Shown: positions 48,950 through 58,666, counted from the stretch's first letter. The stretch is 64,000 bases of DNA from a virus (IMGVR_UViG_3300044949_001557:107-64106), one strand, 5' to 3'. Notes: generated by a model from the letters alone, not told the origin. Numbers and translations: made by a program.

Positions 48950-49162
48950 ATGAGCGTTGTTCGCACCCCTGTCACTGGTTATAGCAGCCTGATCCGCGAG
49001 CATTGGACTGCTGAAACTGAACAAGAACTGCGCTCGCTCTATGAGCAGATTGAGCGCAACTATCCCAAGCAAGGTTACGGCACCATGCTGGTGCAGGTTC
49101 GCCCAGATGCTACCGGTCTTCTGTGGCATGCCGAATTCAGTCGCTTTACCAGCTGCGATTAA
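48950..49162 (+). CDS. Small hypothetical protein
   Basis: YP.QGYGT...SRFTSCD. Confidence 0.65.
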   Translation: MSVVRTPVTGYSSLIREHWTAETEQELRSLYEQIERNYPKQGYGTMLVQVRPDATGLLWHAEFSRFTSCD

Positions 49163-49182
49163 ACTGTTTGGAGTCTAACATC

Positions 49183-49488
49183 ATGATGGATCCAGTCGTT
49201 GCCAACAACCCTGCCCTGTTTCGCAAATACATGAGCATTCCGCGAGTGGATCTCAAACTGTGCGAGTTTGATCGCAATCGTCGAGTGCTCAAACTGACAA
49301 GCGAATATATGGGCATGCCTCGAGAGTTCTTTGTTCGCAGTCATCACACCGGCAAGGAAGTGCGTTTTGTTGCAGTGGGTCCCGAAGATGCACTCTACGA
49401 TCAAGATCAGTGGGACGGCGAGCAACAGGTTTACCGCCCCATGGGTCATGTGCCCCGTGTGGATCACATGGTGATCTACAATCAGTGA
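49183..49488 (+). CDS. Hypothetical protein
   Basis: GGAG upstream of ATG 49183. Confidence 0.6.
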   Translation: MMDPVVANNPALFRKYMSIPRVDLKLCEFDRNRRVLKLTSEYMGMPREFFVRSHHTGKEVRFVAVGPEDALYDQDQWDGEQQVYRPMGHVPRVDHMVIYNQ

Positions 49489-49501
49489 CAGCATCAACGT
49501 C

Positions 49502-49621
49502 ATGAGCTATCAAAAACTGTATCAAATTTCTTGGACACAAGTCTACGAAGCTTGGCCCAAAGAAGAAATTCAAGATCTTTCTGAGGCTCGTGCTGTGTTG
49601 GCAAGGATAATGTCTCTATGA
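49502..49621 (+). CDS. Possible 39-aa peptide
   Basis: Fills the gap; ATGA overlap with the next ORF. Confidence 0.35.
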   Translation: MSYQKLYQISWTQVYEAWPKEEIQDLSEARAVLARIMSL

Positions 49622-49803
49622 ATTTTCGTCAATGGGTTCAAGAAAAATGGTATGAGCACTTGGCTGAATTAGAGTCCTACGGACTCCGACCTCAATTTAC
49701 ATCTCAGCAATATTTCAACACCTACAAGCATTGGCTTCGCAGAGAATATCGATACCAAACATGCTCGAGCAGAAATATTCCCGAGACTAAAAGTGTTCTA
49801 TAA
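49618..49803 (+). CDS. Small hypothetical protein
   Basis: FRQWVQEKWYEH...YKHWLRREY. Confidence 0.6.
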   Translation: MNFRQWVQEKWYEHLAELESYGLRPQFTSQQYFNTYKHWLRREYRYQTCSSRNIPETKSVL

Positions 49804-49826
49804 CAGTTTGTGATGAGCAATTAAAT

Positions 49827-51194
49827 ATGATTGACTATACAGAAGAAAGGTTTGTCGGAGCAGTGAGTGCCTCATGGATTCGAGACTTGGAAAGTAGCGA
49901 TAGCCGGATCCACAAGGAAAAAGTTATTGAAAAAGCACTCATGGCCGCCAAACTCGGCAGTGCTGATGCGCAGGCTTTCTTGTTCAACTGCTACCAGGCC
50001 TACAATCCTTTTTATACTTTCAATGTCAAGCAAGTTCCCGAAACTCGAGATCTAACAGACCGTCCCAATCCCTGGCCGCGTTTTTGGGCCTTGCTGGAAG
50101 ATCTGCGCACTCGAGGCATTTCAGGACACCGCGCACGTAATGCCATTCAAGAATGTGCTGAACAGTTTGACAGCGATAATTGGAACACACTGTGTCGCAG
50201 AGTGATTATCAAAGACCTACGTTGCGGCATCTCAGAAAAGACCTTGAACAAGGTGCTGGGCAAGACCGAATGGCGAATTCCTGTGTTTGGTTGTCAGTTG
50301 GCGCAAGACTCTACAAATCATCCTAAAAAGTTGCGCGGTATCAAGCGCCTGGAATGCAAGCTGGATGGTGTGCGTGTGTTGGCTGTGGTCAGCGGCGCTT
50401 CGTGTGTGCTATACAGTCGCAACGGCAAAGAGTTTGAAAACTTCCCGCAGATTGCCGAAGCTATTTTAGACAATCGCAAAGCATTTCAATGGGGTCGTGG
50501 CACCGGTGGACATTTTGTGCTGGACGGTGAGATTGTGGGCGAAAGTTTTCAAAAGCTCATGCGTCAAGCACATCGTAAAAGCAATGCAGAAACTACAGAC
50601 ATGGTGTATCACATCTTTGATATCTTGCCCTTGGAAGCCTTCAAAGAAGGACACTGGAATGCACAGCAATACAAACGACTGGAATGGTTGGAATCGGCTC
50701 GTAACCAACTGATGGAAACTGATTGTTTGCGCATCATGAATGGTCTGGAAGTGGATTTGGACACAGCCGAAGGGCACGACATCATGCAACGCTATGCCGA
50801 AGACGCTGTGGCTGAAGGGTTCGAAGGCATCATGATCAAGGCCATGGATGCACCCTATGAGTGCAAACGCAGTGACTTTTGGATGAAATGGAAACCTGTT
50901 ATTTCGGTAGATCTCGAAATTGTGGGTTTTGAAGAAGGAACTGGTCGCAATGCAGGCCGACTGGGTGCTATAATTTGCGAAGGAGAAGATCATGGACGTC
51001 GTATTCGTGTCAATGTTGGTAGTGGCTTGTCTGACAATGATCGTGATGGGTATTGGGCTGGACGTGATAACCTACTTGGACACTTGGTGGAGATCCAGGC
51101 AGACGCAGTCACACAAAACCAAGACGGAACATACTCCTTGAGATTCCCGCGCTTCTTGCGCTTCCGTGACTTCGAAGCAGGAGAAAAAGTTTGA
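49827..51194 (+). CDS. ATP-dependent DNA ligase
   Basis: KLDGVR, LDGE, EGIMIK, WMKWK and SLRFPRF motifs. Confidence 0.93.
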   Translation: MIDYTEERFVGAVSASWIRDLESSDSRIHKEKVIEKALMAAKLGSADAQAFLFNCYQAYNPFYTFNVKQVPETRDLTDRPNPWPRFWALLEDLRTRGISGHRARNAIQECAEQFDSDNWNTLCRRVIIKDLRCGISEKTLNKVLGKTEWRIPVFGCQLAQDSTNHPKKLRGIKRLECKLDGVRVLAVVSGASCVLYSRNGKEFENFPQIAEAILDNRKAFQWGRGTGGHFVLDGEIVGESFQKLMRQAHRKSNAETTDMVYHIFDILPLEAFKEGHWNAQQYKRLEWLESARNQLMETDCLRIMNGLEVDLDTAEGHDIMQRYAEDAVAEGFEGIMIKAMDAPYECKRSDFWMKWKPVISVDLEIVGFEEGTGRNAGRLGAIICEGEDHGRRIRVNVGSGLSDNDRDGYWAGRDNLLGHLVEIQADAVTQNQDGTYSLRFPRFLRFRDFEAGEKV

Positions 51195-51622
51195 AAATTG
51201 GACTAAGCTATAGCCGTTGTGTTCGTGACATTGTTGACGGTAAGGTAGACATCAACGATGTGTTGGTGCTGATCACTCGCACTGACTTTGATCCGCACAA
51301 TGATGCACAGTGGACAGGTATTTGGCGAGGCTACGGTGGCGGACAAACTTTTGATAATCCGTTTAGTAATCCGGAATGGATGGACTATCCTGCTGAGGAC
51401 GAAGCAAAGTTCCGTAGCATTACTATTGAACTATACAATACTGGTAGAATGCATCAACCACGTAAGTTTGGCGCACATCCTCATCGACTGCCTTACTACT
51501 GGCTGGAAACTATTGTTTCAGACAGCGACCTAGAAAACTCGCCCACAGTAAAAGATGCCTGGAACAAGTTCCAAATGATTTCGGGATTGACCAACACACC
51601 TTTGAAAGCACACCATGAGTAA
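51191..51622 (+). CDS. Hypothetical protein
   Basis: TTG start overlapping the ligase stop; GRMHQPR. Confidence 0.65.
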   Translation: MKIGLSYSRCVRDIVDGKVDINDVLVLITRTDFDPHNDAQWTGIWRGYGGGQTFDNPFSNPEWMDYPAEDEAKFRSITIELYNTGRMHQPRKFGAHPHRLPYYWLETIVSDSDLENSPTVKDAWNKFQMISGLTNTPLKAHHE

Positions 51623-51842
51623 ACGTGTTGGTCCTATTACACTAGACGGGGAAGCTGCTGATCGTATTACGTTGCTCAATCTCAAAGAGTATCGCAGTTA
51701 TCTCAAGAAAGAACTTGCTGACTGGAAAAAGAATCCCAGGTCCGACGACAATCCCACTGGCTATTGGTTGCATCCCGATGACGTTGGCAACAACATGCGT
51801 GTGATTGATGCCCTCAACACAGTTATCAAGCAATACGAATGA
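51615..51842 (+). CDS. Small hypothetical protein
   Basis: Coupled ORF. Confidence 0.65.
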   Translation: MSKRVGPITLDGEAADRITLLNLKEYRSYLKKELADWKKNPRSDDNPTGYWLHPDDVGNNMRVIDALNTVIKQYE

Positions 51843-52294
51843 AACGGATCTTTTACGAAAAAGTAGGTCGGCGATACAAGCCTGTGTATGAGTATGATCA
51901 AATTCTCATGGACAGTTTTCCCAAAGGTGCTCACATTGTGATGTGTTATCCGGGTGGGCAGAGTCGACGATACAATATCGATCCCAACTATGCGGCCATG
52001 ATTGCTGCTGGTCGTGTTGCTGAAGATGCTATGTGCCGGGTCATATATCAACAAAGTGAGGCCAAGCCCAAGGAACTTCCTGTTACACCCCGGCAACGTG
52101 CCGCCTGGGATGAAGCGAAAGCAGCATTCGGGGATGAATTTTTTAGCATCAAGTTTGGCAGCACTCGAGACATTGCAGAAGCAGGTGTGCAAGCTATGCA
52201 GAAAGAAGCACAACAGCTCATGCAGCACCCTGCTGTTCGCGATGCATGGGAACAGTTTCAGTTGGTATGCAAACTCACAAAGGAATCTCAATGA
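51839..52294 (+). CDS. Hypothetical protein
   Basis: Coupled ORF. Confidence 0.65.
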   Translation: MKRIFYEKVGRRYKPVYEYDQILMDSFPKGAHIVMCYPGGQSRRYNIDPNYAAMIAAGRVAEDAMCRVIYQQSEAKPKELPVTPRQRAAWDEAKAAFGDEFFSIKFGSTRDIAEAGVQAMQKEAQQLMQHPAVRDAWEQFQLVCKLTKESQ

Positions 52295-52318
52295 CATATT
52301 TTCAAGAAAGAATTTATT

Positions 52319-52603
52319 GTGTTGATCAGTTGGTTAAAAAGTCGTTGGCGTCATATGCGTAAGACTGCTATTAGAGATCAACTGTATGGCGGCATTGTCG
52401 AAATGATGAAGAACCGCGAGTTCTTCTATCGTAGCGAAGTTGGAAAAGCACACGAGTATAGTAGTTGGACTGATCAAGGCAAAGAAGAACTTGTGGAGTT
52501 CATTATGGCGCACAGTAAAAAAATGCTGGTTGCTGAGGAGGCAGAGATTGACGCTCTTGCCAAGGAAATGACGTTTAACGCACTGAAGAAAAAGGAACAG
52601 TAA
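52319..52603 (+). CDS. Hypothetical protein (5' end possibly frameshifted)
   Basis: The SD-led ATG at 52291 is out of frame by one base. Confidence 0.55.
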   Translation: MLISWLKSRWRHMRKTAIRDQLYGGIVEMMKNREFFYRSEVGKAHEYSSWTDQGKEELVEFIMAHSKKMLVAEEAEIDALAKEMTFNALKKKEQ

Positions 52604-52604
52604 T

Positions 52605-53516
52605 ATGACCACGCCCGAAGAACACCAGCACCTAATGGAAGTGCTGAAATTTACCCCACGCACCTACAAGATTCAATTGTGGGGCTATGGTGGTGAGCAT
52701 GTGATGGGCACTGTGGATCGCAAGGTCTACGACTATTTCAAGCAGCGTCGCCTAAGTGTGCCAGACTATGCCTGGGGCGGGTATGATGGGGAAGTACCCG
52801 AAGACATGCAACCATTTTACCCTGGATCATGGCATGATTGTGATGACATGGGGCATGCCTGGGGTGTGGATGTCAATGCTGGACATCTGCAGATTCTAGA
52901 CGAAAATGAAAACATTGTTTATGAGCGTGAACTGTCCAGTCTTGACGGCTGCGATGTGCAACTCAGCACCATAGAAGAAGTTTGGATTGACGAAAAAGAT
53001 CCCGGCACTGTGGTGTTCTACGGATACACTTCTGACAAAGGCACATTCTTTGAAGCAGACATTGAACTTCGACAACCATTTGATCCTGAAAAACTGCTGA
53101 TACAAATTTCAGATTTTGACAGCAACGAAATTGTTGTGGGTGTAGAATACGACGGTGAGGAGCTAGACAACTATGGTGGAGACACCAACGGCAAAGGTTC
53201 TGAGTATGCATTCTACGTTGCAGGATCAAACACCGGCTCGGGCTATGAACGCTATCGCGACATGGATGACATCCGTTATGAACTGACTGACTGGTTCCCG
53301 TCCAAAACTGTGCCTGTGCGCCAAGGCAAGTATGAAGTCAAGACCAAAGACGGTCACGAATATCATGCCATGTTCAACGGCCGGAACTGGCACAACGAGT
53401 GGAGTCCCGACGAAGAACTCAAAATTGTCAAGTGGCGGGGTGTAGCCTATGACCCCGACGAGCACTTTTTGAGAGAAGTGTTGGAAAAAATTGTTTTGGA
53501 AAATACCAGGGAGTAA
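52605..53516 (+). CDS. Acidic hypothetical protein
   Basis: AAGGA SD; 303 aa. Confidence 0.7.
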   Translation: MTTPEEHQHLMEVLKFTPRTYKIQLWGYGGEHVMGTVDRKVYDYFKQRRLSVPDYAWGGYDGEVPEDMQPFYPGSWHDCDDMGHAWGVDVNAGHLQILDENENIVYERELSSLDGCDVQLSTIEEVWIDEKDPGTVVFYGYTSDKGTFFEADIELRQPFDPEKLLIQISDFDSNEIVVGVEYDGEELDNYGGDTNGKGSEYAFYVAGSNTGSGYERYRDMDDIRYELTDWFPSKTVPVRQGKYEVKTKDGHEYHAMFNGRNWHNEWSPDEELKIVKWRGVAYDPDEHFLREVLEKIVLENTRE

Positions 53517-53518
53517 TC

Positions 53519-54007
53519 ATGGCAAATTGGACTGTAAGCACCTACTACAAAAAATCCATCGAAGAACACGAGCACTTTGTCAAAGATGGACAAAAACTTG
53601 TGTATCAAACGGGCTGGCGCGGGGGATCCTGGACAGTTACTACTTCAGACGACAATCCTCCGGAATTTGAATTTGTAGAAGTTCCGGGCGGAGATGGACG
53701 TCGCGACAGTATTGACATGTATAACTGTTGTGAAAACAACATTGAAGAAGTTGAACTGATTGAAACCTATGACGGATGGTGGGCAGAGATTGAGTGGCCT
53801 GATGACATGGACGAAGAAGAACAGCAACGCCTACAAGAGCTCATCGACGAAGAAGGTGTCTACAGTCTGGAAGATCAAGAAGATTGGATGCACGACGAAA
53901 CAGAAATGTATATCTGGGGGCCCATCCAAATTGAGGGAGAAAACGGTTTCAGCAAAATCATCATTGCCGACGAAAACAGCAAAGTTGTGGATTTTAAAGA
54001 AGACTAA
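53519..54007 (+). CDS. Acidic hypothetical protein
   Basis: GGAG SD; 162 aa, Asp/Glu-rich. Confidence 0.7.
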   Translation: MANWTVSTYYKKSIEEHEHFVKDGQKLVYQTGWRGGSWTVTTSDDNPPEFEFVEVPGGDGRRDSIDMYNCCENNIEEVELIETYDGWWAEIEWPDDMDEEEQQRLQELIDEEGVYSLEDQEDWMHDETEMYIWGPIQIEGENGFSKIIIADENSKVVDFKED

Positions 54008-54027
54008 AATGTAGTATAATAAGTTTT

Positions 54028-54186
54028 GCATACTGATGGTATATTTGGTTCTGTGGACAGCGAAATCTGTCCGTGGCTAACAGAGTAAATCCAGTAGGTG
54101 CGACACTGCCCTTGACCAAAGTCAAAACCGCCTGGAATGCGGGAGTAAGCCAAGTAAGGATTATATGCAGTGAAAGAACCCAGTGT
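54028..54186 (+). ncRNA. Candidate structured non-coding RNA or 5' leader
   Basis: About 200-nt gap with no convincing ORF; TATAAT at 54015; several nested stems. Confidence 0.45.
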
Positions 54187-54210
54187 TTATTAAAATAGTG
54201 ACCTCTTGAA

Positions 54211-54498
54211 ATGTCATTGTCCCTTGATTCGCTTAGAGAAACGGCCATCGGTATGCATCCTTTACATCGTGTTTGGGTAGAAGTTACATCTATCGAGACA
54301 TGGTATGCCATTATTCGTGAAGCCAACACACTGTATGGCTCAAAGAATTGGCGTGGCCAACCCAAAATAAGAAGAAGGTTGGAACGCAACTGGCATCACA
54401 AACCTATGCGTGTGTGGTTCGATGTGCCCAATCCCACTTTTGCGACTTGGATTTCTGTTAAGCACAGTGTAATTGTGAAGTGCGAGGTCGCTAAATAA
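54211..54498 (+). CDS. Hypothetical protein
   Basis: WFDVPNPTFATWISVK. Confidence 0.55.
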   Translation: MSLSLDSLRETAIGMHPLHRVWVEVTSIETWYAIIREANTLYGSKNWRGQPKIRRRLERNWHHKPMRVWFDVPNPTFATWISVKHSVIVKCEVAK

Positions 54499-54502
54499 TC
54501 TT

Positions 54503-55972
54503 ATGTTTCTCAGTTATATCACATTGTTGGTGGCGTTGAGCCTGTCGGTCATTGCTGCCTATTACTCTATTGCCGGCCTCACTGCAATTTTCGCCGCTGC
54601 TGTGATTCCCATTGTGGTCATGGGCGGCATCCTTGAAGTGGCCAAGGTAGTGGTCACTCTATGGTTGCATGAATATTGGCGTCAATGTAGGCTGTTGATG
54701 AAAGCATACTTGGTGCCTGCTGTGGGCGCCTTGATGCTGATCACCAGCATGGGAATCTTTGGATTCTTGTCAAAAGCTCACACAGATCAAAGCATGGTAA
54801 GTGGAGATGTGCAGGCCAAAATTTCTATATTTGACGAAAAGATAAAAACTGAACGTGACAATATAGATGCAAATCGTAAGGCACTCAAACAACTTGACGA
54901 CGCAGTGGATCAAGTCATGGGCCGTTCAACAGACGAACGTGGTGCAGAACGGTCGGTTCAGATACGTCGCAGTCAACAGGCCGAGCGTGGTCGCTTGCTT
55001 CGAGAAATTGAACAAAGTCAAAAAAAGATTGCCACACTCAACGAAGAACGAGCACCTATTGCGGCTGAAGTTCGAAAAGTTGAAGCTGAAGTGGGTCCAA
55101 TCAAGTATATTGCTGCCTTGGTATACGGCGACAATCCTGATGCAAACTTACTAGAAGCCGCTGTTCGCTGGGTAATCATATTGTTGGTTGTGGTGTTTGA
55201 TCCCTTGGCCATCATGATGTTGCTGGCGGCCACTGAAAGCTTGAAGTGGGAACGAGAACGTCGTCGAGAAAGACAATTACAAGATGCTGCCCAAGAGGTG
55301 GAAGAACCCTTGGCTGAAAAAGACGACAATGTGGAAAACAGTGAAACACCACAGTATGAGCCCGACGACGGTGAATTGACCACAGATCAACTTCAGCAGA
55401 TAACACAGAGTGTGGATCAAACTCAGCAGACCAAGCAAAGTTCAAATCCACATCCTCCGGGATGGATGTATAAATCAACTGCTGAAGCAAAAACAGCACC
55501 AGTCACCGACACAGTAGATGTTGATGACGAAGAGGTTCAACTTGAGAACAGTGAAAAAGCAGCCATGCGAGCATGGAAAACTGCCAATCCTGATGATACC
55601 ATCAAGCGCCAGCGTCAAATGTATGATGATGGTAAAATAGATCAATTGCCCTGGGAAATTGGGTTGACAGCAGACAATGCACCCAACCAGGCACAGATGC
55701 GAGGGTTTGGCATAGATTGGCCACAAAGCCCCATCAAAGGCGATACGTTTTTGAGAGTGGATCGACTGCCCAGTGCACTCTACAAATACAACGGTCGCAA
55801 CTGGATTGAAATTGACAAAAAACTCAGCGATCAATACAGCTACGACACTGCCTATATTGATCATTTGATTGCCAAAATTGATTCAGGCGAGTATGACCCC
55901 GACTTGCTGACTGATGCAGAAATAGAACAAATTCAGCAGCGTTTCCTTGATCGTGAGTCTCCCCATAAATAA
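54503..55972 (+). CDS. Multi-pass membrane protein with coiled coil
   Basis: N-terminal TM helices; [17 protein letters not shown] and VFDPLA. Confidence 0.75.
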   Translation: MFLSYITLLVALSLSVIAAYYSIAGLTAIFAAAVIPIVVMGGILEVAKVVVTLWLHEYWRQCRLLMKAYLVPAVGALMLITSMGIFGFLSKAHTDQSMVSGDVQAKISIFDEKIKTERDNIDANRKALKQLDDAVDQVMGRSTDERGAERSVQIRRSQQAERGRLLREIEQSQKKIATLNEERAPIAAEVRKVEAEVGPIKYIAALVYGDNPDANLLEAAVRWVIILLVVVFDPLAIMMLLAATESLKWERERRRERQLQDAAQEVEEPLAEKDDNVENSETPQYEPDDGELTTDQLQQITQSVDQTQQTKQSSNPHPPGWMYKSTAEAKTAPVTDTVDVDDEEVQLENSEKAAMRAWKTANPDDTIKRQRQMYDDGKIDQLPWEIGLTADNAPNQAQMRGFGIDWPQSPIKGDTFLRVDRLPSALYKYNGRNWIEIDKKLSDQYSYDTAYIDHLIAKIDSGEYDPDLLTDAEIEQIQQRFLDRESPHK

Positions 55973-55995
55973 ACTACATAGTTTTTAGGAGACCT

Positions 55996-56217
55996 ATGAA
56001 ATTACGCGGAAAAGCAGTGTTAGTTAGGGACGACAATGTAGAGCGTGCCCTGCGAAAATTCAAGAAAAAAATTGCAGAATCGGGCTTGCTCAATGAGTTG
56101 CGTGATCGAGAATTTTACGAAAAACCAACCACTGCACGTAAACGTCGCAAATCTGCTGCCAAGAATCGCTGGAACAAAAAAATGACTAGCGAGGCCCTGC
56201 CTAAAAAACTCTACTGA
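55996..56217 (+). CDS. rpsU: Ribosomal protein bS21
   Basis: [11 protein letters not shown]...REFYEKPT; TAAATA and AGGAG upstream. Confidence 0.9.
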   Translation: MKLRGKAVLVRDDNVERALRKFKKKIAESGLLNELRDREFYEKPTTARKRRKSAAKNRWNKKMTSEALPKKLY

Positions 56218-56495
56218 TGTATATCGAATTCAGTTTGCCCCTGGGGGCCGCTGGACAGTCTGCCCAACTGGCTGACTACGTTATTTCTCAAGAACTTGAG
56301 GCCTGGAGTGAAAAGTATGGGATTCCTTATCGCTCCAAACATGTCAAATACTTTAAACGAGTAACTTTCAACGATGAATCTCACTATGCCTTTTTTGCCA
56401 TGACATGGAATCCCAGTCAAAGACATCATGCTTTGAAAACCTGGCGCATTGTTTCTGACCCAAATAATAAAACAAAATTTGATTCTCGTGTATAA
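56217..56495 (+). CDS. Hypothetical protein
   Basis: Coupled to rpsU. Confidence 0.65.
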   Translation: MYIEFSLPLGAAGQSAQLADYVISQELEAWSEKYGIPYRSKHVKYFKRVTFNDESHYAFFAMTWNPSQRHHALKTWRIVSDPNNKTKFDSRV

Positions 56496-56505
56496 TAAAT
56501 ACTGT

Positions 56506-56565
56506 TGTAGTGCCCATGGTGGGGCTACACACAAATGTCATCTTGCTTAATAAAGGAGAAAACAA
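56506..56565 (+). promoter_or_regulatory. ROSE-like RNA thermometer in the hsp20 leader
   Basis: Upstream hairpin; TCTT(G)CTT pairs with the AAGGAGA SD, leaving a bulged G. Confidence 0.6.
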
Positions 56566-57003
56566 ATGACTAAAACTCTTACCCTTCGTAGTTTCGATAT
56601 TCCACCACTGCACAAGTTTGGAATTGGATTTGACAGCATGCTCATGCGTGTTACTTCGCCGCAGACAAACTCAAACTATCCCCCGCACAACGTGATCAAA
56701 ACTGGTGAAAACACAGTCACAATCGAAGTTGCTGTGGCTGGATTTGTAGAAGGCGAAATTGACATCAACTTGGAAAGACGTGTGTTGACCATTGCTGGTT
56801 CTCGAAAGACTGAAGAAGATTCAGCTCACGAATACCTGCATCGTGGTATCAGCAGCCGTGACTTCCGTCATTCATTTACACTGGGCGAGCACGTGGAAGT
56901 CAATAGTGCCACTATCCGTAATGGTATTCTTAGTGTGTGTCTTGAGTGCAAGGTTCCCGAAGAAGCCAAGCCTAAAGCTATTGCTATCACATATCAAAAC
57001 TGA
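56566..57003 (+). CDS. Small heat-shock protein (Hsp20/IbpA-like)
   Basis: YPPHNV, AVAGF, YLHRGIS.R.F and NGIL motifs. Confidence 0.92.
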   Translation: MTKTLTLRSFDIPPLHKFGIGFDSMLMRVTSPQTNSNYPPHNVIKTGENTVTIEVAVAGFVEGEIDINLERRVLTIAGSRKTEEDSAHEYLHRGISSRDFRHSFTLGEHVEVNSATIRNGILSVCLECKVPEEAKPKAIAITYQN

Positions 57004-57018
57004 TATAATAGTGTAAAT

Positions 57019-57054
57019 ACAGTGGGAGACCACTCCCACTGTTTTGTTTTTTTT
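57019..57054 (+). terminator. Intrinsic terminator overlapped by TAAATA
   Basis: ACAGTGGGAG-ACCA-CTCCCACTGT followed by a T-run. Confidence 0.8.
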
Positions 57055-57071
57055 AATTTCAAGGATTGGAT

Positions 57072-57380
57072 ATGTCGCAAGCTGATACAGCAACAAAAAT
57101 TAAAATCAATGAATCAATCCGAGAACCTTCGCTGTTCAGAGTAATCTATCTCAATGACAACAAAACTACCATGCAGTTTGTGGTTGATAGTCTGATTGAA
57201 TTTTTCGAATACAACACAGAAACTGCTGTGAAAATCACTGGTGATATTCACGAACATGGGCAAGCTGTTGTGGCGGTGTTGCCGTTTGAAATTGCAGAAC
57301 AAAAAGGCGGCGAAGTTTTGCAAAGCGCCAGAATTCAAAACTTCCCATTGCAAATCAAGATCGAACCCGACGCAGTTTAA
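57072..57380 (+). CDS. clpS: Clp protease adaptor ClpS
   Basis: VIYLNDNKTTMQFVV, IHEHG, EIAEQK and FPL motifs. Confidence 0.88.
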   Translation: MSQADTATKIKINESIREPSLFRVIYLNDNKTTMQFVVDSLIEFFEYNTETAVKITGDIHEHGQAVVAVLPFEIAEQKGGEVLQSARIQNFPLQIKIEPDAV

Positions 57381-58165
57381 AATTCAATGGTGATACGTTT
57401 GGGGTAGTAAACACTCTGACTCCACGGCGTATTTCCACGGCCACGGCAGTTGTTGACGTAACGCACATTTTTAAACTGTCGATCTATGCCGCGATGATAA
57501 TGTCCAAAGCACCAGACTTTGATTTTGTTTTCGCTGTCTTCGTCTAGCGCAATTTGCAGATGTTCGTTGCCGGTGGTATTGAATCTGTAGTGATCTTCTA
57601 GTTCTAAATCATGCTCGACCAGCCAGGGCGCAGGCACAGTGTGTGTTACTATGACTATGGCTTTGACATCTTGGTGCATTTGTAATTTACGTATGCTGTT
57701 TCGAAGATAAGCTGCATCAGTCAATGCCATGCTAGCAATAGTTCCTGCAACCGAAGCAGACACTCCGTATCGCGTATTGAACCAAGACACTGTTTGATTG
57801 AAATCAATCTTGGGATTCAATGAAAAACTATACCATCCGTTACAGGCCACAAATGCCACTCCGTTGACTATGACAACATTATCCTGCATGAATACAACAT
57901 TTTTAAATTTGTCCACATATTTGCTGAGTTCGTAATAACTCTGACCAAGATGTTCTAAATAGTTGCGGTGCTCGTCGTTGCCGTCGATAAAAAACACTCC
58001 CTGATAGCAGTTGCCCAGGTGCTTGAGAGTTTCTACCAAACGACGACGATCCTGAGAGACGTCCCCTGCTATCACACAGTAAGGACTAGTGGCCTGACCG
58101 GTCCAATCAAAATTGTCCCATGTTTCTACATGCAGGTCAGAAATTAAATCAAAGCTAAATTCCAT
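57377..58165 (-). CDS. Calcineurin-like metallophosphoesterase
   Basis: SDLH, AGD, GNDE (GNH variant), TH and GHYH motifs. Confidence 0.8.
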   Translation of the reverse strand: MEFSFDLISDLHVETWDNFDWTGQATSPYCVIAGDVSQDRRRLVETLKHLGNCYQGVFFIDGNDEHRNYLEHLGQSYYELSKYVDKFKNVVFMQDNVVIVNGVAFVACNGWYSFSLNPKIDFNQTVSWFNTRYGVSASVAGTIASMALTDAAYLRNSIRKLQMHQDVKAIVIVTHTVPAPWLVEHDLELEDHYRFNTTGNEHLQIALDEDSENKIKVWCFGHYHRGIDRQFKNVRYVNNCRGRGNTPWSQSVYYPKRITIEF

Positions 58166-58189
58166 GATACATATTTAAAAGGATTTACA

Positions 58190-58555
58190 ATGAACATAAT
58201 TTTTGGAAGAGACAATGCCTCTGCCTTGGGTGAAAACTACACTGTTCTGGAATTAGACACTATTCAAGTCACAGAAGGCGGCACTGAATTAACTGCTTTT
58301 TGTGTGGTGGAAACTGTGCCCATACTCAACATGCCTAAATTAGAGAGCATGAAAAACTTACACGCAAATCTATTGATTGAATATCGAAAGAAAAACTGGA
58401 ATTATTGCAATCAGGCCCTGGAACATCTTCGGGGTTTTTGGAACAATGAAATGGATTCTTACTACGAGAATCTACAGTCAAGGATCACAGAATATATTGA
58501 ACAAGATCCGGGACCAGACTGGTCTGGTGTTGTTAAAAAATCAATCCAGAACTAA
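58190..58555 (+). CDS. Protein resembling the C-terminal tail of adenylate/guanylate cyclases
   Basis: VLELDTI...YRKKNW...P.PDWSGV pattern; no catalytic core. Confidence 0.45.
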   Translation: MNIIFGRDNASALGENYTVLELDTIQVTEGGTELTAFCVVETVPILNMPKLESMKNLHANLLIEYRKKNWNYCNQALEHLRGFWNNEMDSYYENLQSRITEYIEQDPGPDWSGVVKKSIQN

Positions 58556-58666
58556 CTGCCTGCAAAAGTTTTTTAAACGGTGCAAAATCTAGCGATAAAT
58601 TAAAGTATCCATTGCTACAAAATCTCCAAGTAGCAATACAATCATATCTAAAGGAATAATCACAAA

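Noticed and set aside
53994-54389. 131-aa minus-strand ORF covering the 54.0-54.2 kb gap
   Set aside because: Overlaps a plausible plus-strand gene, has no SD or motif, and runs opposite to local transcription
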